Source: Amoebidium appalachense
Taxonomy: Eukaryota > Protista > Ichthyosporea
DNA: 64,000 nt
Reading direction: 5' to 3'
Assembly (NCBI GenBank): GCA_963693365.1
Contig: CAVNZM010000012.1
Coordinates: 2,542,001-2,606,000 of the forward strand
Within the stretch, counting starts at the first letter, position 1. Every line of letters begins with the position of its first letter. The position numbers were made by a program, and so were the translations under genes. This document shows, one piece after another, positions 26,937 to 40,729 of this stretch. The notes beneath the pieces were generated by a model, which ran no database searches, was not told the origin of the DNA, and worked only from the letters and a program-made list of their open reading frames with translations.

Positions 26937-27116
26937 GGGGGGGAGGGGATGTGCAGAGAGTAAGACATGGAAAGGTATATGTGTATGTGTGTGTATGTGT
27001 GCGTGTGTGTGTGGGTGTGAGCGTGCATCTGAGTGTGAGTATGAGTGTATGTGTGTGTGTGTGCAATGCACCGTGTGTCGCGATGTGCATGTCTGCAAAG
27101 TGGGGAGGGGCGGGGA

Positions 27117-27153
<37 letters not shown>

Positions 27154-27202
27154 TGGAAGAATGTGCAAAAGCAGAAAAAGGAAAACGTGTGTGCATGTGT
27201 GT

Positions 27203-27261
<59 letters not shown>

Positions 27262-28431
27262 GCATGCACTGGTGTGTGTGCGCGTGTAACATATGACTGT
27301 AGGTGGAAACCAATGTGCGCTCCTCTTGTGTGTATGCAGTGTCTGCCACTGTCCATCATGCCTGTCCGTGCGCGCCCAACATATCACATCATGGCTGTAT
27401 CTTCGTGTGTGTGCGAACACACACACACACACACACACAAATGTATGTGTCCACCTCCTCCAAAATACCTATATGGTATCTAATTTCTTATAATAATAAA
27501 AAAGACCGTGTATCCTTTCCCTCTTCACTCCAGGTGCAAAATCCGCACGCTCACACACCTTCTGCTACCGAGGTCAGCATTTTCGTGTCCGGTGGTGGAG
27601 CGAGGCGCACCATCTTATAGTCGGTGGTGACTTTGCGGTGCACACGGATGGCTGTGGCCTGAAGAAGTTCATGGTCCTTCCTGTAGCCAGAAACATAAAT
27701 ATCCCCAGCGATGAAAATTGATGGAAAAAGTAAAACATGGTGCGTAGTGCGATACCACAAGGTCTCTGGTTCTTCCTGTTTCCCTCCTTCCCCCCCCCCC
27801 CCCCCTCCCCTCCCCCCTCAACCACCACCACCACCACCACCGACTCCCCCCTCCCCACACACACACACACTTGCCCCCCCAAACCACCATCATCCACCCA
27901 CCCCTCTTCAAAAACGGGGGGGCTGCAGGGAAAGAATGAGCAGCCAAAGAAAGAAAAGGGAGTACGAACATGAGAGATTGTATCCCCGCCCCCCACCCCC
28001 CTCCCCCTCACATACACACACACACAAGTAATCTCCTCCTTTTTTCGCGCAAGGTCTGAAGGAGTCCCGTCCCCCTCCGCTCCCAATCCCCTCCCCCAAT
28101 AAAAAAATATATTTTAATAATAAATTGCAGGACATGTACAACAACGACTACGCTTCCGTACACAAGCATGCACACACACACACACACCATCCTTAATGCA
28201 CCGAACTACATTAGCACCAAAAAGGAAGGGGTTAAGACACTAAGGAGGAAGAGAAGGAACAAATCTGATTTCCCTCCCACGTGCTGAGGGTGAGGGGGGG
28301 AGGGGGGGAAGGGGGGATTGGATTTGTACACGCCCAATCTACCGTGGCACGTGCACACCAAAAGACCCTCCCCCCTCCCCTTGCCCCCCCCCCTAAAAAA
28401 AAAAAAAAAACACAGACGGGCACGCACGCAC

Positions 28432-28499
<68 letters not shown>

Positions 28500-28717
28500 A
28501 TCCACCCCAGGCATGACCCAAACACCCACTTTGTCTTTTCCTTCTGCTTGTTTTTGGTTCGTGCCCTCCTTTCTTCTTTGGACGGTGCAAGGGCAGAGTA
28601 GGCCAGAGAAACCAGCTCCCGCATGAGCACGCCATCTGTTTGACAGGGGGGGTTAAAGTCTTTTTCTTTTTTTTTCCGGCTTTTTTTTGGGGGGGTGTGG
28701 AGAGGGAAGGGAGGAAG

Positions 28718-28748
<31 letters not shown>

Positions 28749-28952
28749 TGTTTGACAGCAAAGGAGGTGATGCACTACAGCAGAAAGAAACCCCTTACAG
28801 CTGTGGGAGGGGGAGAATGTGGTACATGCTACAGGGCATTGGGGAGGAGAGGGTGGGGGCTTTTCTTGACAGGGGTGGTGGGTGGGGGGAGGGGGGGGGG
28901 GGGGGGGGGGGGGGGGGCATGTGTGGCACACTCTACTCGGAAAACGAGGAGA

Positions 28953-28983
<31 letters not shown>

Positions 28984-29120
28984 TGCTGCAAGAGTGCTAG
29001 TATGTCATACAACCCCCCATGAAGCGTGTGCTTGTGGTCAGCCTTGAAACGGTTAAATTGAAACAAAAGGCATGGCGGACGAAATATGTGTGTGTATGTT
29101 GAAGCGGGGGGAGGGGGAGG

Positions 29121-29151
<31 letters not shown>

Positions 29152-29547
29152 CCACACAGTAAGGACTTGTTCCTGTGTGCTTAGGCCATCTCTGTGCCTG
29201 CTTGTAGCTATACGGACATAATAATCGGTGCGCAGAAGCGAGAAAGCTTGAGTGCAAGAGTATGTTTGTATGCGAGTGTGTAAAGATGAGAGTACCTGTG
29301 TGTGTGTGTGCGTGCAGGTGCCACTGTGAGTGTGTGCCAAGTGGTAAAGAATTTCGGTTCGTGTCAACCGTGTACGAAACATGTGCAGGTTTATACACCT
29401 CACAATATGTGTATGCGTGTGAGAAAGAATGTCTGTGTGTGCGTGTGTCTGGTTTATTGTGTGCTCGTGTGTGTTCATGTCTCTTTGTGCATGTGCCTGT
29501 GCACCTGCAGGTGTACGTATTTGTATGTGTGTCTAGGTCTGCGTCTT

Positions 29548-29607
<60 letters not shown>

Positions 29608-30290
29608 GGGGGAAGGGAGGGGGGGGGGGGCTATGTGTGTATGTGAGTGTGCAACTGCACGTGCGTGTATTTCCGCATAGTCACAAGTGCATACCTTCGA
29701 GTTTTGCGCACGCTTTCAAATCAGGGTACTCCTGGATCTTCTGCAGCACTTTGATGGCCACCTGCGTACACTGTCAGTTCAATGCCACAGAGTGACCCAA
29801 GCAGACGACTCTTCCAGTGCTCCTGGCAACACACCCAAGTCATCGGTACAGAGTCCATTCACACGAATGAAGTATTCTAAAGCAAAAGAAAGAAAGGAGT
29901 GTCGAGTTGGGCAAGAGCGGAAGTCAGGTCGGTTGGTGATGGGAAGGGGGCGCGGAGCGGGGGTTTGAGCTGTGCTTCTGTGAGTGTGTGTGCCACGGTG
30001 GTAGTGGTGGTGGGGAGGGGGGGGGGGGGGGGGGGGGGGGGGGAGGGGGGGAGGGGGGAAGGGCCGGGGGGGGGGGGGGAGGGGGGAGGGGGGACACACA
30101 CCTGCAGGTCATCCTCTTTTATATACTCCCGCCAGTTAGGCATCTCTTCGTTGCTAGGCTCAGGCGTCCCTCCGCCATCCTCCCGCGGAGGTGAGGCATT
30201 TTCGCCTTCCTCCATGTTTATCAACTGGCGATGCAAAAAGTCGTTTTGCCTTTTTCCACGTGCCACATTCGCAATAACGGGCGAGACCAT
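17365..30290 (-). CDS. Short-chain dehydrogenase/reductase with N-terminal Cys-rich (CxxC...CxxC) extension, ~15 exons
   Basis: Spliced exons give [19 protein letters not shown]|[97 protein letters not shown]...[17 protein letters not shown]...[23 protein letters not shown] and [14 protein letters not shown] (TGA 17367-17365). ATG at 30290. Confidence 0.92.
18820..19265 (-). mobile_element. Degenerate Penelope-like retroelement RT C-terminal (thumb) fragment in an SDR intron
   Basis: Two adjacent frames give PHLDLHI...[11 protein letters not shown]...IVRHPHIDS / [18 protein letters not shown]...RLLAKGY. This matches the YLDL-TSIYDK-VxFP-YGVxxSQLxRY-KLLxxGY pattern of Penelope-type RTs; frameshifted. 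Confidence 0.7.
19854..19970 (+). repeat. G-run-flanked short interspersed repeat copy (short form)
   Basis: gagtatgaagtacacattcacaacagacaacacaatgcagagtgcaaaccacaca...gagtatgcataa, as at 21597 and 61158 (reverse complement). Confidence 0.85.
20729..20826 (+). repeat. G-run-flanked short interspersed repeat copy (long form, 3'-truncated)
   Basis: Near-identical to 11429-11526. Confidence 0.85.
21597..21700 (+). repeat. G-run-flanked short interspersed repeat copy (short form)
   Basis: gagtacgaagcacacattcacaacggacaacacaatgcagagtacaaaccacaca...atgcatcataagcagaccctatcctc followed by poly-G. Confidence 0.85.
22326..23211. mobile_element. Non-autonomous TIR DNA transposon (~886 bp) with subterminal AT-rich repeats, TA-flanked
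   Basis: Left AGGGCCCAACTACATGAGCATAATAAACTTGCTTTTAG versus right (reverse complement) AGGGCCCAACCACACGAGCATAATAAACTCGCTTTTAG. Clustered TTAAGCAAAAGCTTAATTA / GCATAATAATTA motifs lie inside both ends; TA on both flanks. Confidence 0.85.
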
Positions 30291-31561
30291 TTTGATTGGT
30301 TACAGTCTGACAGACCGCGGTGATTGGTTTTGCGCAAAACAAGATCGGATTTGTCTGAAGTGCCTGGTGTACCATTATTGCTTTGGAGTTTCTACAATTA
30401 CTACAAACTGATAATTACTATATATATAAAACCGACAGATCTGCAACCACAGCTGCAGGCGAATGGCATATGCAACGAGCCGTGAACTGCCCGGACATGA
30501 ATGAAGCTTCCAAATCGATCGAGTCGGAAGCTTCATATGCATGTGGGCAGTCATTGTGCCGCCACGCATACTCCTGGAGGCTATGCACGCTCGACGTTCC
30601 CGCCTGAGAAAAGAAACATTGAACTTTTTATTGTCGAAGGTTCATCAAAGTCCCAGACTCCCAGTCATCCCACATTGACCAACATTGTGCAGTTTGCGGC
30701 CCGTGTTTCAGGGTGCAAAAAGTTACCAAAAAGTAAACAAGTTCAAACAGCCAATCATGGGCATTGTCCGCACATTCCTTGACTTGAACAAAAACCGTTC
30801 GGGAATCGGGAATTGTGGGTCGGTGTCCGACCGTCCCTGAGGCTCGGACCTGGACCTGCCCGGGCTTGTCAGATTATCATCTTGAGCTCCTGAGGTGCAC
30901 TAAAAACTCATTACTATGTGAGATTTTTGGATGTTTTGGTTTGCAGCTTTGAACATTTGCGTTTTGAATCAACTGTCGATATCTTCAATTATGCACGGAA
31001 CGCACAGATTCGGATTCTGCGATCTATAGAGCCCGCACTTAGTGTGTGCGATATGATTGGTACTCATATGGTCATCTGAGCGCAGCAAAAAAGAGTTTTG
31101 GAACGCATTGATGATTGGGCAATGATTTATTCACGTCGTGTCGCCAGACTCGCCACCAACATTGGTCTTGCATGATCCAGCAAAACGAATGCATATAAGG
31201 GCTATTTACTCTGCCAGCAAAAAATTATACTTTTAAGTATAATTGCATCGCAACATAAAGATCCTACTCTTCAAAATCTCGCGATTGTTGTTGGTCAGGT
31301 TGCGTGTTTCCTTGTAAATAAACATTGGATTCGTTTACTCTCCTCTCTTCTTTTCCCAGGCCGCAGGCCCACAAGAGCAATCACCCCTGGCAACAAAGTT
31401 TGGCCATCTGCCACCCCTCTAATGCACATGTTGTACAACTACAAAAGGCAACCTTTGCGCACATCAAACCCCACCCAACCAAACCTGTGTGTAAGCACAA
31501 ATATACATGGGCTCAACTCATTTCTAAGGGTCTACCTTTTTGCATCAAGCAGTGTTTCGAA

Positions 31562-34500
31562 ATGACTCCACGACGGTTGCTTGGAGCAACGGTCGCTGCT
31601 GGCCTGCTCCTTTGTGCATCAGCAAAGGTTGCCTGCCCGACGGGCTTCTCGCTGGTCGTAGACGATGCATATGGAGAGGGTGAGTCGGCACATGATTGAA
31701 TGATATGCATGACTGGGCCCTCTTTCTCGTGTGTCGTGGCAGTTTTGAAATACGTTCTCTCTCACACAATACTTAGAAGGCATATACACGGAACGTACGC
31801 GTGCGTTCCGGTTCAGAAGAACCTCAACCATCGCCTCTGTTTTTAACAATAATTGAGCTTATAAGCTGTTTGTTGCAGTAACACCCACATGTAGTACATC
31901 GAGATATCTGTGGTGACAATTATGGTGCCTTCTGTTTCGAAACCGTAAATCTTTACAAGACTATTTGGAAAGGCACGGCTTCGTACGAGCAGTCCCGCTG
32001 CGAAACATCAACGAACAGAGTTGGTTAGTCTACGTAGCATATGGATGTGTCTAATTATGTGTCATAGTAGGAGTCACTGTTTGATTCGAATGCAGTGAGG
32101 TGAAGTGGGATGGGTGTGTTTCAGGTGGAGTTATTTGGCACCCACGGAACACAACACTCCCCCCCACCCACCCCAAAATGCAAAAACACCACCATATACC
32201 CACCACCCGTAGAAAGAAAAGTAGGGCTCCCCAAAAACCCAAGGCACCAACAAATACACCCCACACACACACCCGGCCGGCCTGTTCTGACTGCCGGAAC
32301 ACACACAGACCCGGTGTGCCCTGTAAAACCCACCTTTTAGTCCACAAAAACATCGCCACAACATACGTACAACAACACATAATGTTAGGCAGCAACCCCC
32401 CACCACCACCACCACCACACCCCATCATCCACCCATACCCACCGTAAATATTATACACAACACCTAGGACTTCCCAATACTGTAAGATCGACCAATGAGA
32501 GCCCTCGGTTAACGTTTATTGCTAGGTTTTGAATGGAGGGGAGGACTGGAGCCTCCTGCCGGCGTGGCTGGGGTAGTAGCCCTGGGCAAAGTGTGTACAT
32601 ATAGTTATGTTGTGAAGGATGGTTTAGCTTAGCTGAACTCATAGATAGCACCTTAACTAGTGTACTGTCGGTGCTGTGTGGTAGACGGTAGTTTCCCTAG
32701 AGGGCCTGAAAAGGCCCTCCGGGAACAAAACGTGATAAAATAAATAAAAAAATGTTTCAGGTGGAGCTGGTGCTTTTGTTATATGATGTTTCTTATTTTT
32801 CTCTTGTCGAGTTGATTTAAACATATTTGTTATAGTATACACCCATTGATAAACTAACACTGGTATCCAGACCATCCTTCCCACCCCCCCCCCCCCCCCC
32901 CCCTCCCCCCCAACCCCCATAATATCCCAGACCATCTTCCCCCCCCCCCCCCCCCTTCCCCCCCCTCCGCCCCTCTCCCCCTCCCCAGAAAAAAAATAAT
33001 AATAAAAAGGGAAAAAAAAAGAAGAAATAAAAGAAGAAAGAAAGAGGCGCAAAAAAAAAAAAAAAGGAAAGAAAGACAAGTTGATGTTGTCCATCACTAA
33101 TCATCGGCTATATCTCCGTTGTGTGCACTCCTCAGCTATATAGTGTCCCTTTACCAATTTTTCATCTGAACTTCGCTGCATGCTAACAAAATCTTCACAC
33201 ACTCAGGTCGCTGCTTCGAGTCTGGTGGCGGCTCACCGGGCACGTGTTCCATTGGCACCACCTACAGCACGTACAGCTCCAAGTGCATCAAGAAGCCCTG
33301 CGATTACGGCCAAATCTACTTCCGCACCATCAAGGCATGCGCTGACCCAACCTGTCCGTACGGTTTTACCTTTGACATTGACGCCTTAATCTGCCGATCC
33401 AGAACCCCGGCCCCGGCCCCCCCTGCCCCAGCCCCGGCCCCTGGGTGTTCTGGCGGACAGATTGCAACATACAGCGGCAAGTGTGCTTGCCCCACGGGCA
33501 CAAACTGGGACGGGTCGAAATGCTCCGGCTACACCCCTTCCCCTGCCCCTGCCCCTGTCCCCATACCGTCTTCCTACGACCCCACTTGCCCGTCTGGCTA
33601 CAAACGCAGCAGGTCTGGAAAATGCAAGGATGTGAATGAATGCAGGGTTCTCGGAAGTGGCGTCGCCTGCAACGGTGGCAAATGCAAAAACACAAAGGGT
33701 TCGTTTTGGTGTCGCTGCCGCACCGGCTATGGCTCGTGGTCGAGTTGGTCGACTTCGCCTTGTGGTGGTTCCTCCGGCCCTGCACCTGGCCCTGCCCCAG
33801 GCCCAGCACCTGACCCGGCCCCGGGGCCCTCCCCGCCGCCTGCACCCACCCCACCCACCCCACCCCCCATTACTACTCTCACTACTGCAAGCAAAACGAC
33901 ATCCACCACTACACGCACACAGACCACCACCACCACCACCCGCCCTGTAACCACCACGCCCGCGCCGACACCGCCTCCACCCACACCCAATTGCGGCTCT
34001 CGTGTTCGCCGTGAATGGCGTACTCTTTCCCAGGGCCAAAAGGATTTGTACGTCAGCGCCTTGAAAACCCTAGTTTCACGTGGGGAATACCGCAAGATCA
34101 TCCCTTATCACGAACAGGACCCGGTGGATGTTTACGGCCACCGAAGCAACGCCTTTTTGGCGTGGCACCGTCAATTTTTGTGGCTGTTTGAGGAACAGTT
34201 GAGGGGGCTTGGCGGGCAGTATGCGTGCATCACCATTCCTTACTGGGACTGGACGTGGGACGTCAAGTCTGACCCTACGGCTGTGCCGGTGCTCGAAGTT
34301 GTCAACAATCTTGGTGGCACAGGTACTAATAGCCAGCCCCAGCCTCCTCCCCCCCCCCCCCCCCAGTGGGTCTCCACCCCGCCCCACCCCCTAACCCATC
34401 CCCCATGCCTCCCTCTCCCCCTCCTTCCACTTCTTTTGCTCTGAATTTGATGCCTACTAACCACACATAGTCCCCTATCTCTCTCCCCCTCCTCCCCCCG

Positions 34501-34950
34501 TCCCCTCCGCCTTCCGAATTCAGCTTCGTGAGAGAAATTGATAACGCGTTGTAGTGAGCCGGGAGCCATTATACTTATGATTAACTGCGCCCCCCACCCC
34601 GCACCCACCCACCCACCCACCCCACCCTCCAACCACCGTCTCTCAAAAAAAAAGAAAAAAGAAAAAAAAAGGGAAAAAAAAAAAAAAGAAAGAAAGAAAG
34701 AAACTTTGGCTGCCCACCTACATGACACTTATTGCCGCCCAATCTGCCCTAGTGTTTTGACGGCTCTCACTTAAACTGCTTGCTGCTTGGGTTCCTGTGC
34801 CATACCCTAACCCCTGCCGCCCACCCTCTTCCCTGCTCCCGCTCCCACCCCTACCCCCTCCCCTCCTTTCCTTTCCCCCTCCTCCCCCCCCCCCCCCCCC
34901 ACCCCCGTTCCCCCACCCATCCCCTCTCCCACCTTCCCCCCCTTCCCCCC

Positions 34951-34981
<31 letters not shown>

Positions 34982-35213
34982 AAAAAAAAAAAAAAAAAAC
35001 AGGCACCAGCTGCCACCTTGACAGCCTGTTTGGGCCCATCCGCTACCCCTCCAATGCCTGTGTGACCCGCCCCTTTGCCGATGGCTGGCGCCCGGCCGGT
35101 GCACTTGAAGTATCTGACGGTGTTCTCAACGTGGCAACCTTCAACGAGTTCTCGGACCTCCTCAAGGGGTGGCATGGAATAATCCACGACCAGGTTGTGC
35201 TCCACACCCTATC

Positions 35214-35272
<59 letters not shown>

Positions 35273-35312
35273 GCACGCACGCACACGCACACACGCGCAC
35301 CCACACACACAC

Positions 35313-35353
<41 letters not shown>

Positions 35354-35470
35354 AGCTCTGCTGCCATCACCACGAACACCATAGCCACAACAACAAGAGC
35401 TCCCTTTTCGTAGCGTAGCGAGAATGCTCCCCTATCAAGTGGCAACCTCCTTCCTCTTCCCTCCCCCCCC

Positions 35471-35501
<31 letters not shown>

Positions 35502-37924
35502 ACCCTCCCCCCGGAAAAAATATCAACCATAAAACCCTAATAAGAAATAGAAATGGAATCCCCCCATCCCCCCCCCTCCACCCCCTCCTCCGCCCCCCCC
35601 CAAAAAAAAAAAGAAGAAAAGAAAAGTTGAGGGAGGGGGGTGGGGGGGAGATGGTAGGGCTAGAAGGCTAGCACAGATCATTTATCATGACCAAACAAGA
35701 GCCAATTACATCGCAGCAACCCACTCACCCCAAACCATCCCCCCAGATCGGTGCCTTTGGGGCCACTATGTCCAACGTCAAGTACTCCCCCAACGACCCA
35801 ATCTTCTTCCTCCACCACGCCCAGGTAGACCGCCTGTGGCACCTCTGGCAGGTGGGTACTGCTTGCACACTGAGAGTACTGATTGACACACTGAGAGTAC
35901 TGCTTGCACACTGAGAGTACTGATTGCACACTTAGAGTACTGGTTGCACACTGAGAGTACTCCTTGAACACTGGGAGTACTGCTTGCACACAGAGTACTG
36001 CTTGCAGAAAGAAAAGTGTCGAGTAAAAGTAGATCGAAAGGTGGCAAGGGGGGTACGGAAAAATGATATATTTTGGCTGTGATGGGTGTTTGAGTGGGCA
36101 AGGGAGGGAGGAGGGGGGAAGGGGGGGGGGGGGGGGGAGGGAGGAGGGGGAGGGGAGGGGGGGGGAGGGGGGACGGACAGCCTTGCCAACCCACCCTTAC
36201 TGTTTCCGCCATCTGCATCAATGTTAGCTCTCTTCCCGGAGCCCCCGTTAATGCCTCCCCCCCCCCCCCCCCCCCTCCCCTCCCCCCCCAACCAAAAAAA
36301 AAAGAAAGAAAAAAAGGAAAAAAAGAAAGAAGAAAAAAGAAAAAAGAACGAAAGAAACACACACACACCTACCCACTCTTCCCCCGGCACCCTCTTTCTT
36401 CCATGCCCGCCCATTTCCCCTACTCCTGTCCCCTGTTTTCGTCCGCTTCGCTATAAAGCAGCCTAAAAGCCCTCTCCCACCTGCACCCCATTTCCTGCCC
36501 CGGTTCACTCCCTCCTCGCCCCCCTTAATGGGCTCTACTTCTGGTGCATACTCTTAGCTTGTGCCCTATTAATAGTGTGTACATCCTACTCAATAGCACA
36601 TTCTAACCCTCCTCCCCCCCCCCTCCCCCCCAACCACCCACCCTCCCCCCTACCCACCCACCACCACCTTTCAGGTGTGCAACGGCTATGACGGCAGCAC
36701 CAATGGACCAGTGCCCAGTGCCTGGTACAGTACAAACTCCGCATCGGTCAGACACGGCTTTGACGACGTCATGGTGGTGCTGCCTGGCAGTGTGACCCCC
36801 CGCAAAGTCAACAGCATTCGTGCTATGGGCTACAGCTATGCCCCTTCCCCCTTATACTGGTGGATTATTCCCCCCCCCCCCCCCCCCTCCTCCCCCCCCC
36901 CCCCCCCCCCCCCCCCGCACCTCTCCCCCTTTCTATCTCTCCCGTACCCCCCCCCCCCCTCTCCTCCCCACCCCCCCCCCCCCGCCCCTCTCCCCCTTTC
37001 TATCTCTCCCGTACCCCCCCCCCTCTCTCCTCCCCACCCCCCTCCCCCTCCCCCCCCCTCCCCCCGCCCTTGCCCCTCCCGCTGTTTGCCCACTCCGAAC
37101 ATACCTTCCTGGTTTCTTGTTTACCGCCCTTGAATGCTCTTGCCTCATCCACTCTGTAGCGCATGGCTAACCCCTCCCACCCATCCCTCCCCCCTCCCTC
37201 CCTCCCCCTCTCCGCATGACAAAAAAGTAGAGAGAGCGACAGGATGCACACGCTCCTTGTCTACTTTCACGACATGTAAACGGCTCCAATAAGTGTTCGC
37301 TCTCACAAGCTCACCTTGACGGAGCATGCTTGCACTTTGCCCACAAGCCTTCCCGTCTCATCCCCCGCACCACCCCCCCCCCTCCCCCCCCCCCCCTCTC
37401 CCCCCCCCCACCCCCCACCCCCCCGGGGATGGAAAAAGAAGCAGAGAAAGGGAAAACGGGCTTTCGACTTACCCTTCCTCCCTCCCTCTTATACAGGCTC
37501 ATGGGATCCCGTGTCCGTCTGTGGAGCCGGCCGCCGCCGCCGCCAAGTTAGAGCAAACATCGGAAATGGCAACGGAAACAACGGGAACAACGGAAATGGC
37601 AACGGAAACAACGGGAATAACGGAAATAGCAACGGGAATAACGGGAATACCGGAACTGACAATGCTGGGAACAACGGGAACAACGGGAATAATGGTGTGG
37701 GTCAGCGCGACAAGACCAAAGACAAGAGCGACAAGCTTTCCCGTGAATTTGCAAAGGGGAAAACGGATGCAATTTTCACGCTTTCGGCTCCCGGTAAATC
37801 CAACAAGGAAAAAGTCAAGGAGGCATCTATGAAGGAATGTGCTTTCTGGGGCACCTACAAGCCCGTTAGCTCCATGTGGGCAAATATGTTGGGCATCGCC
37901 GGCAAGCCCCTGCCCTGCCAGTAG
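31562..37924 (+). CDS. Secreted tyrosinase-family (type-3 copper) protein with Cys-rich repeats, a calcium-binding EGF domain and a Pro/Thr stalk
   Basis: Signal peptide [21 protein letters not shown]; exons 31562-31679, ~31895-32023, 33207-34322, ~35003-35193, ~35748-35851, 36676-36859, ~37497-37924. DVNEC...[21 protein letters not shown] (cbEGF); [10 protein letters not shown]; CuA H...[12 protein letters not shown]; IPYWDW; CuB WHGIIH...[18 protein letters not shown]. Confidence 0.92.
35855..36003. repeat. ~20-bp minisatellite directly after a tyrosinase splice donor
   Basis: About 7 copies of GTACTGCTTGCACACTGAGA. Confidence 0.85.
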
Positions 37925-38625
37925 ACATCGTCGAAATTTTGCGCCGTTGCGAAGTTATTACTCTGTGTCCCTTGCATATACTTGCATATACATGTTTTCA
38001 GTGTTCTACCCTCGGAAGTTTAGAAATCTGTGATATTTCGTGGTTGTGAACCCCACTCCTCCCCCCCTCCCCCCCCCCCTCCCCCCCCCCCCACCCACCC
38101 ACCCACGCACACGCACATACACGCACACACACACACATACACACACACACATCACCACCACCACCATCTACACACACATGCAGCACACAGACTTAACTTG
38201 TTATAGAATCAATGACATGTGTTCTTTTCCACCCAACTGTTCAATTGGTGATCATTTGTCATTCCATGTGCAGATGCAAAGCCATTGTATCTAAACGTTC
38301 CGAAGTGTACATAGCCGTTCCGCACAAACAAATTGTGACTAGCTATGCTTTGATGTATTCACATATAGGGAAACACACAACCCTGCCTCTTGAGTATGAG
38401 GTGCCTAGTTTGAAGAAGTATTCTCTGCACACGTCTCTCATTCGCTGACGGGCACCAATAAACGAAACACTTTAAAAATAATGTTATTGAAGAACGACTT
38501 GTGCTGCATTGCAGTCTTTGTGGCGGCCACGTGCAAAACATGGCTCTCCGCACTTTATTCGCAGCAACAGCAAAGCTTGATTCGAAAATTGTTTCAGTCC
38601 TCTGGTCATCTTTCCCCCCCCCCCA

Positions 38626-38657
<32 letters not shown>

Positions 38658-38839
38658 TTCCCCTCCCCCCTTCCGGGCCCACCGGTACCCCACCCCACCC
38701 CCATCCACCCACCTACCCACCCACACACACACGAAATACTAAAAGTGAAAATAAATTAACTAACGATACAAATAAACCAAAATTTCAAAATCAAGAAGTC
38801 TGAATCTAAACATTGATTTAAACATTGAAATCTCTCACC

Positions 38840-38872
<33 letters not shown>

Positions 38873-38921
38873 CATGTGTGCGATCAACAAATTGAATGTG
38901 GTGTGGACGTGCCCGTTGAAT

Positions 38922-38980
<59 letters not shown>

Positions 38981-39069
38981 GAAGCTTCCTCCCCCATCGT
39001 ACGTACGGCCACCACGGTGCACCAGTGGCATGGCACCCCTACCCGCCACCACGCATGCACGCGCGTGCG

Positions 39070-39117
<48 letters not shown>

Positions 39118-39565
39118 TGTACACACACGCACGCACACATGTGTACACCCATACACACAAAGGCGGTGTAACATGTAAAGTAAACATGGGTTTGGTATGG
39201 TACATAAATGGACATGCTTGCAACTTGGTTTATCGTACATGACACGTGGGATGTTGATCCATTAGCTGCATGGAGGGTGGGGCCAGGTGACGATGAAGAT
39301 CGATATCCCCCAAACTTACGGTAAGTTAACTTTATTTGGATTTAAATTTGATACGGGGGAATGCTACATCTGCTTATCATCTATACAACACGTGACACAC
39401 GTACATGGATCGAAAGACCGAAAGAAAGGAACGAAAGGGTTTTGATTGTAGGAAAAGGTAAATATGTTCATGCACCTCACCTATTCAGGTTTAGTTGCCC
39501 GTCCCCCTCCCCCCTCCCTCCCCCCCCCCCACTTCCTTTTTGCACCCCTCCCCCCGGGGTGCCTG

Positions 39566-39615
<50 letters not shown>

Positions 39616-40656
39616 AACACCCTAAATCCCACCCATCCTCACACCCACCAACGTCGACCCACCCAAACCACCGGTTCCACTACATAGACACAAAAAGAGC
39701 AGAAAATAAGAGAAACTTTTGTGGCACACACACGCACACACAGTCACCACCAACACCACCCTTCACCAGTCTGAGACGTCGTCTGCACACACGCATTTCC
39801 CCCGTCCAGGCTAATTGAGCAAATGGAGCTACACAGCACTCTGTTCTAACCCATTTCAGCAGTAATATACGTCCACCATTTATGATAATCCTTGGCTGCA
39901 ATTTGGATCACGGATCCGGAATATATCCTCATTTCTTCACATACTGCGCTGCACCTACTATATTTTGGATATCAACATGATAACTAACCTCAGTAAAGCA
40001 GCACCGAAAACCCTAAAACACATAATTGTTTCTAACGTATTGTTAACCATGCTCTTCCTAAATGATATGTATATATACGGAGCCCACACAGGTCGTGTAC
40101 TAGATGAGGAACCTAGTCGGGTGTAGACAATACTATTGTACGACAAGAGAAGTGCATAGGTAGGCACAAAAACAAGATCTTGCGGCACAATAAGTTAAAG
40201 ATAAAATGCTCTAAACGTTGCTACATGCACATGTATGTTAACAAAAGCAAACAAGGATATAAGTCAGATAAATATTCAGAGAACTAAACGACTAGGGGAC
40301 TGCCCACCATGAAACGGGGCAAACCTCAGGAATGTGTCAAGGTGCATATTGTGTGTGTGTGTGTGTGTGTGTGTCTGTGTCTGTGTCCCTTTAATGGTGT
40401 ACGTAAGCACATACGTGCAGTGACGTTTAAATGTATTGCAAATTGTCATCTTTCACGGCCAACACATCAAATATTGATGCATCTGCATCTAACCGCCCAA
40501 TCAGCAAATCTCCCTAGGAACAGAAAAGCAAGGAAAACTTAAGAACGAAGAAATCGTGAGCGGATCGGGTGTGTAGGCCGGTTACTGTAACACACGCAAG
40601 TACTACAAACAAAGTCGTAGAACGTGGGGTCATGCTCGAACGGGTGGTGGAGAGGA

Positions 40657-40729
<73 letters not shown>

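Noticed and set aside
32450-32725. Non-microsatellite patch with an AGGGCC-TGAAAA-GGCCCT hairpin in a tyrosinase intron (Helitron-like end?)
   Set aside because: Hairpin-to-CTAG spacing and the other terminus do not fit a Helitron; no second clear copy in the window.
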